Shown here in pieces: positions 7,171 through 10,276 of a stretch of DNA of 10,276 nucleotides. Within the stretch, counting starts at the first letter, position 1. Each line of letters starts with the position of its first letter. Source of the stretch: Chthoniobacteraceae bacterium (lineage in GTDB: Bacteria; Verrucomicrobiota; Verrucomicrobiia; Chthoniobacterales; Chthoniobacteraceae); NCBI GenBank assembly GCA_040081625.1, contig JBEBGD010000151.1, positions 1 through 10,276 of the forward strand, written 5' to 3'. Made by a program: the position numbers and the translations under genes. The notes below the pieces were generated by a model that did no database searches, was not told where the DNA came from, and worked only from the letters and a program-made list of their open reading frames with translations.

Positions 7171-8250
7171 TCAGTGCCCCGCGCGGATCAACGTGCTCAC
7201 CGCTTCATCGCAGGCCATCTGCGCCACATCGCCCGCGCAATTCGTCACCGCCACGAAAGCCGTCTGCTTCGCCGGCGCGATCCACATCACCGCGTGCCAC
7301 ATCGTGTTCGAGCCGTTGTGCGTGAGCGCTTCGCCGTCGGCCCACGGGCGATCGGTCACCACCCAGCCCATCGCGTAGCTCTGGCCGGCGGGGCGCGTGT
7401 GGAGTTTTTGGAAGGTTGCGTCGCTCATCAGCTTCACGTCGTGCAGTGGCCCGCGCGCGTGCCAGCTCGCGAAGCGCACGAAATCCGCGAGCGAGCAGTG
7501 AACCCGACCGGCGGGCGTGATCGCGGGAGGATTGTCTGCATCGGGCGCGACCGGCTTGAATGAGCCGAGGGCCGCCGTGTGCCCGCGCGGTTGATTCTCA
7601 CCGGGGCCGCCGACGCCGCACGACTTCATCCCGAGTGGCGCGAAGACCTTCGCGCGCAGCAACTCGGCGTAAGGCTTGCGAGCGAGCTTTTCGAGCATCG
7701 CGCCGGCGATCGTGTAGCCCCGGTTCGAGTAGATGAACTTTGTCCCCACCGGCGCCTCGGTCCGCCGCACGACCAGGCTGCGGACCATCTCCATGCGCTG
7801 CAACTGCTCGCTCCCGCGCCGCTGCCACGCGAGCGACCACGCCTCGGCCTGCGGCTGATGCGGCGCACCAGAGCGGTGCGTGAGGAGTTGCTCCAGCGTC
7901 GCCTCGCGCCAGTCCGCGTGCAGCGTCGCGCGCAGCTCGGGCAGCGCGTCGGTGATCTTCATATCCCAGCGCGCCGTGCCTTCATCCACGAGGATGCCGG
8001 CGAGCGTCGCGGTCATTGACTTCGTGCACGAGCCGATGTGCCAGAGGTCGTCCACCTTCACCACCTCCGGCTTGCCGAACTGCCGAGTGCCGCTGACTCC
8101 GAACGCGACAAGTTCACCCTCGCGCATCGCCGCCGCGCCGAGCGCCGGGAGCGCGTGCTGCTGGCGGATCGCGTCGAGCTGCGGCGAAACGCCGACCGTC
8201 TCCGCGAACGCCGCACCGACGAGGAGGATGAAGATGGAAAACGACTTCAC
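7171..8250 (-). CDS. Secreted serine hydrolase, beta-lactamase class C / PBP-like family, 359 aa
   Basis: Signal peptide (M)KSFSIFILLVGAAFA; SxxK (SCTK), LLTHRSG, YxN (YSN), HxG (HNGS). GTG 8250 start is supported by the signal peptide and the adjacent promoter. Confidence 0.93.
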   Translation of the reverse strand: MKSFSIFILLVGAAFAETVGVSPQLDAIRQQHALPALGAAAMREGELVAFGVSGTRQFGKPEVVKVDDLWHIGSCTKSMTATLAGILVDEGTARWDMKITDALPELRATLHADWREATLEQLLTHRSGAPHQPQAEAWSLAWQRRGSEQLQRMEMVRSLVVRRTEAPVGTKFIYSNRGYTIAGAMLEKLARKPYAELLRAKVFAPLGMKSCGVGGPGENQPRGHTAALGSFKPVAPDADNPPAITPAGRVHCSLADFVRFASWHARGPLHDVKLMSDATFQKLHTRPAGQSYAMGWVVTDRPWADGEALTHNGSNTMWHAVMWIAPAKQTAFVAVTNCAGDVAQMACDEAVSTLIRAGH

Positions 8251-8257
8251 GCGGGAG

Positions 8258-8286
8258 AGTATGCGCAAAGCGAATCGCGGCGGCAA
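8258..8286 (-). promoter_or_regulatory. Sigma70-type promoter TTGCCG-17-CATACT, 7 nt before the GTG start (leaderless transcript predicted)
   Basis: Good -35 and -10 matches with canonical spacing; predicted +1 falls at or next to the start codon; no SD. Confidence 0.65.
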
Positions 8287-8290
8287 GCCA

Positions 8291-8425
8291 TCACGCCACG
8301 GAATCGAGCCGCCGCGCGAAGTGGAGAAGCACAGGCTCGCGCGGCAGTGCGATGCCGGGCGGCGCGCACGGCGTGTCGCGCTCGATCGAGCGCCGGTCCC
8401 CGGCGCGGGCGAAGACAGCGCGCCG
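8291..8425 (-). pseudogene. Probable degenerate 3' fragment of a YqjF/DUF2071-like gene
   Basis: Minus frame reads RRAVFARAGDRRSIERDTPCAPPGIALPREPVLLHFARRLDSVA*WL. From memory this resembles the YqjF-family C-terminus (IExNTxxxxxGIxLPxxPxLLHFARRLDVxxW). No upstream start; TGA sits where Trp is expected. Not database-verified. Confidence 0.5.
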
Positions 8426-8842
8426 CTACTGGAAGGACACAATCTCGATCCGGGCGGTGTTCGGCCTCGATCGGCCGGCGAGGGGGAACTCGCACGACAG
8501 GCGCTTGCTCTCCTTCGGCCAGAGTCTCACGGAGACGGTCTCGCGCGCGACCTCGACGTAACGCGGTGGCGCGGATTGGCCGCCGCGGGTGCCGCAGCCC
8601 GCAACGACGAGCAGCGATGCGCGGATCGGCTGATTCGAGTTGTTCGTCGCGCTGAAGGACACGGTGCATGTCTCGCCGCGGACCGAGAGTGCCGGCGGTG
8701 AAATCTCCAACGGTGGCTTGAGTGCGAAGCGCGCCGCGAGGAGAACAGCGAGACCGATCACGATCGCGGCGAATAACTGCCAGGGCCACGGTCGCTGGAT
8801 GCTCCCGGCTGACGGGATTGGTCGCTGCTCCGGTGTGCTCAT
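8426..8842 (-). CDS. Hypothetical single-pass membrane protein with small beta-rich (possibly Ig-like) domain, 138 aa
   Basis: ATGA overlap with the upstream stop; TM WPWQLFAAIVIGLAVLLAARF; alternating beta-strand patterns (CTVSFSATN, TVSVRL, ARIEIVSF); three Cys. Confidence 0.75.
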   Translation of the reverse strand: MSTPEQRPIPSAGSIQRPWPWQLFAAIVIGLAVLLAARFALKPPLEISPPALSVRGETCTVSFSATNNSNQPIRASLLVVAGCGTRGGQSAPPRYVEVARETVSVRLWPKESKRLSCEFPLAGRSRPNTARIEIVSFQ

Positions 8843-10276
8843 ATGCCAGGCGGCACTCCGTGGATTTCCAACTCGCTCACCAACCAGCGCTCGATCGCAT
8901 TCCCGGTTTGCGAGATGCGCACATGGCGCGCGGTGATGGGCTCGAAGCTCGCGACGGTGCGCGTGCCGGTCCCTTTGCCTTCGCTGACCGCCGCGCTCCA
9001 AGTCCTGCCGTCGTCGGAGACTTCCACCTTGAAGCCACGCGGCGCCCAGTCGGGTTCGGTGGAAAGCATCACGAGATGCGTGAGGCGGTGCGGCTTGCCG
9101 AGATCGACGGCGAGCCAGGCCTGCGGGGTGTTCACTCCGTGCCAGGCGTTCTGGTGGCTCGCGCTGATGACTCCGTCGATCGCGTTCATCGGCGTGTGAC
9201 CGTGCGCGGTGGCGATCCAGCCGGTGCGGTCGGCAAGCGTGGGTGCGGCGAACTGTTCGAGCTCCGCCAGCGTCCACGGCGTTGCGCGCGGGTGGTTGCG
9301 GATCGCGGCGACTTCCGGTGCGCGGATGGCGGACGCATCGTTGGTCCATTCCTGCCGGATGTAAGTGAGCACGCCCGCGACCCACGCGTCGGGCATCGTC
9401 GCGCCGAGCGGAGCCATGATCGAAGGTTGGTAATCCTTTCCATCAATCGGCCCGCCGAGGCCGTGGAGGAGGATGCGCACGAGCGCTTCCTTCGGCCCGA
9501 GCACGCGCGGCGAACCGACCAGCGTCGGCGCGAGCACCGGCACGCCGGGTGGTGTGACGCCCTTTCCGTCCGAGCCGTGGCAGGCGAGGCAGAGTTCCTG
9601 GTAAGCCCGCGCGCCGTTCTCGATCAGCCCGATCTCGGCCTTGTCGCGCGTGCGGGGCTTCGCGTTGACGTTGCGCCACGAATCGAGCCCCGACTTCCAC
9701 AGCGCTTGCGCGCGAGTGCGCGTCTCCACGTCGGCGATAGGGCGGAAAAGCGAACCGTCCTGCACTTGCTTCACGAGCGGCAATTCCTCGCGGCCGTGGA
9801 GCGCGGTGAGCGCGGCGAGCGTGATGATCGGGTTTGCGGGATCGGCGGCGGCGATTCTCTGGATGAGGTCCGCGGCTTCCGGATCGCTGCTCCAGCCGAG
9901 CGTGAGCGCGAGCTGCCGGCGCACGCCGGGATCGGGATCGTTCGCCAGCGGTGCGAGCAAGGCGATCGGCGGCGTCTTCTCGTGCAGCCGGATCGCGGCG
10001 GCGCGCAGGCGCCAGTCGGTGTCGCGCAGTTTCTCCGCGAGCAGCGCGGGCGTGAGCGCGTCGAGGCCCTCGATCGTCCATAGCGCGTGAAGGCGGGCGA
10101 GGGGATCGGTGTGCGTGCGCGCCATCGTTTCGAGCGCGTGAAAGAGCGACTTGTCGCCGCGCAGGATGATGAGCTTCTGCGCGGTGTCGCGCCACCAGCC
10201 GTTCGCGTGCGCGAGATGCGGCACGAGCTGCTCGGGCTTCGCGCCGAGCAGTCGCGGCTGCGGGCCGGGCTTCGCG
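8839..10276 (-). CDS. PVC-type multidomain c-type cytochrome protein: HEAT-like repeats, mono-heme cytochrome c and C-terminal discoidin (F5/8 type C, CBM32-like) domain; 5'-partial
   Basis: Frame is open to the right edge (AKPGPQPRLLGAKPEQLVPHLAHANGWWRDTAQ). HEAT-like ARLHALWTIEGL, LRAAAIRL, VRRQLALTLG. CLACH at 9577-9591 with candidate distal Met (SIMAPL) and LTYIRQEW. Discoidin motifs NAIDG, WLAVDLG, VEVSDDG, ARHVRI, VSELE. Confidence 0.92.
   Translation of the reverse strand, partial: AKPGPQPRLLGAKPEQLVPHLAHANGWWRDTAQKLIILRGDKSLFHALETMARTHTDPLARLHALWTIEGLDALTPALLAEKLRDTDWRLRAAAIRLHEKTPPIALLAPLANDPDPGVRRQLALTLGWSSDPEAADLIQRIAAADPANPIITLAALTALHGREELPLVKQVQDGSLFRPIADVETRTRAQALWKSGLDSWRNVNAKPRTRDKAEIGLIENGARAYQELCLACHGSDGKGVTPPGVPVLAPTLVGSPRVLGPKEALVRILLHGLGGPIDGKDYQPSIMAPLGATMPDAWVAGVLTYIRQEWTNDASAIRAPEVAAIRNHPRATPWTLAELEQFAAPTLADRTGWIATAHGHTPMNAIDGVISASHQNAWHGVNTPQAWLAVDLGKPHRLTHLVMLSTEPDWAPRGFKVEVSDDGRTWSAAVSEGKGTGTRTVASFEPITARHVRISQTGNAIERWLVSELEIHGVPPGI

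Noticed and set aside
6071..8250. Antibiotic-resistance island
   Set aside because: Both folds are mostly non-beta-lactamase hydrolases; there are no mobile elements and no recognisable similarity to clinical enzymes.
5867..10083. Long plus-strand ORFs 5867..7378, 7880..8701 and 8722..10083
   Set aside because: Antisense to well-supported minus-strand genes, with no family motifs.
10228..10251. 8-bp inverted repeat CTGCTCGG...CCGAGCAG
   Set aside because: Inside a CDS, single copy and no U-tract; likely chance.

Overview
High-GC, densely coding bacterial window; the gene families and leader style suggest Verrucomicrobiota/PVC (inference). At left is a minus-strand Hanks-type Ser/Thr kinase that runs off the edge and is missing from the ORF track. 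Divergent from it is a fully overlapping six-gene plus-strand operon: sppA, CPBP intramembrane protease, thiL, tsaE, tsaB and a MurU/GMPP-like nucleotidyltransferase. Converging from the right is a minus-strand cluster: a HEAT/cytochrome c/discoidin protein (5'-partial), a small membrane ORF of unknown family, a probable YqjF/DUF2071 gene remnant, a secreted serine hydrolase and an MBL-fold lipoprotein. I found no RNA genes, CRISPR arrays or mobile elements. Three signals are not explained by the gene calls. (1) A heptamer tandem repeat at the thiL/tsaE junction is rich in ANN, CGA and CCC-C codons and is open in the tsaE (+1) frame, so recoding or slippage could act on the t6A genes. (2) An unannotated gene remnant lies at 8291-8425. 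(3) A CTTGC-type promoter recurs and suggests leaderless or short-leader transcripts. No clearly novel multi-gene system is demonstrable from the sequence alone.
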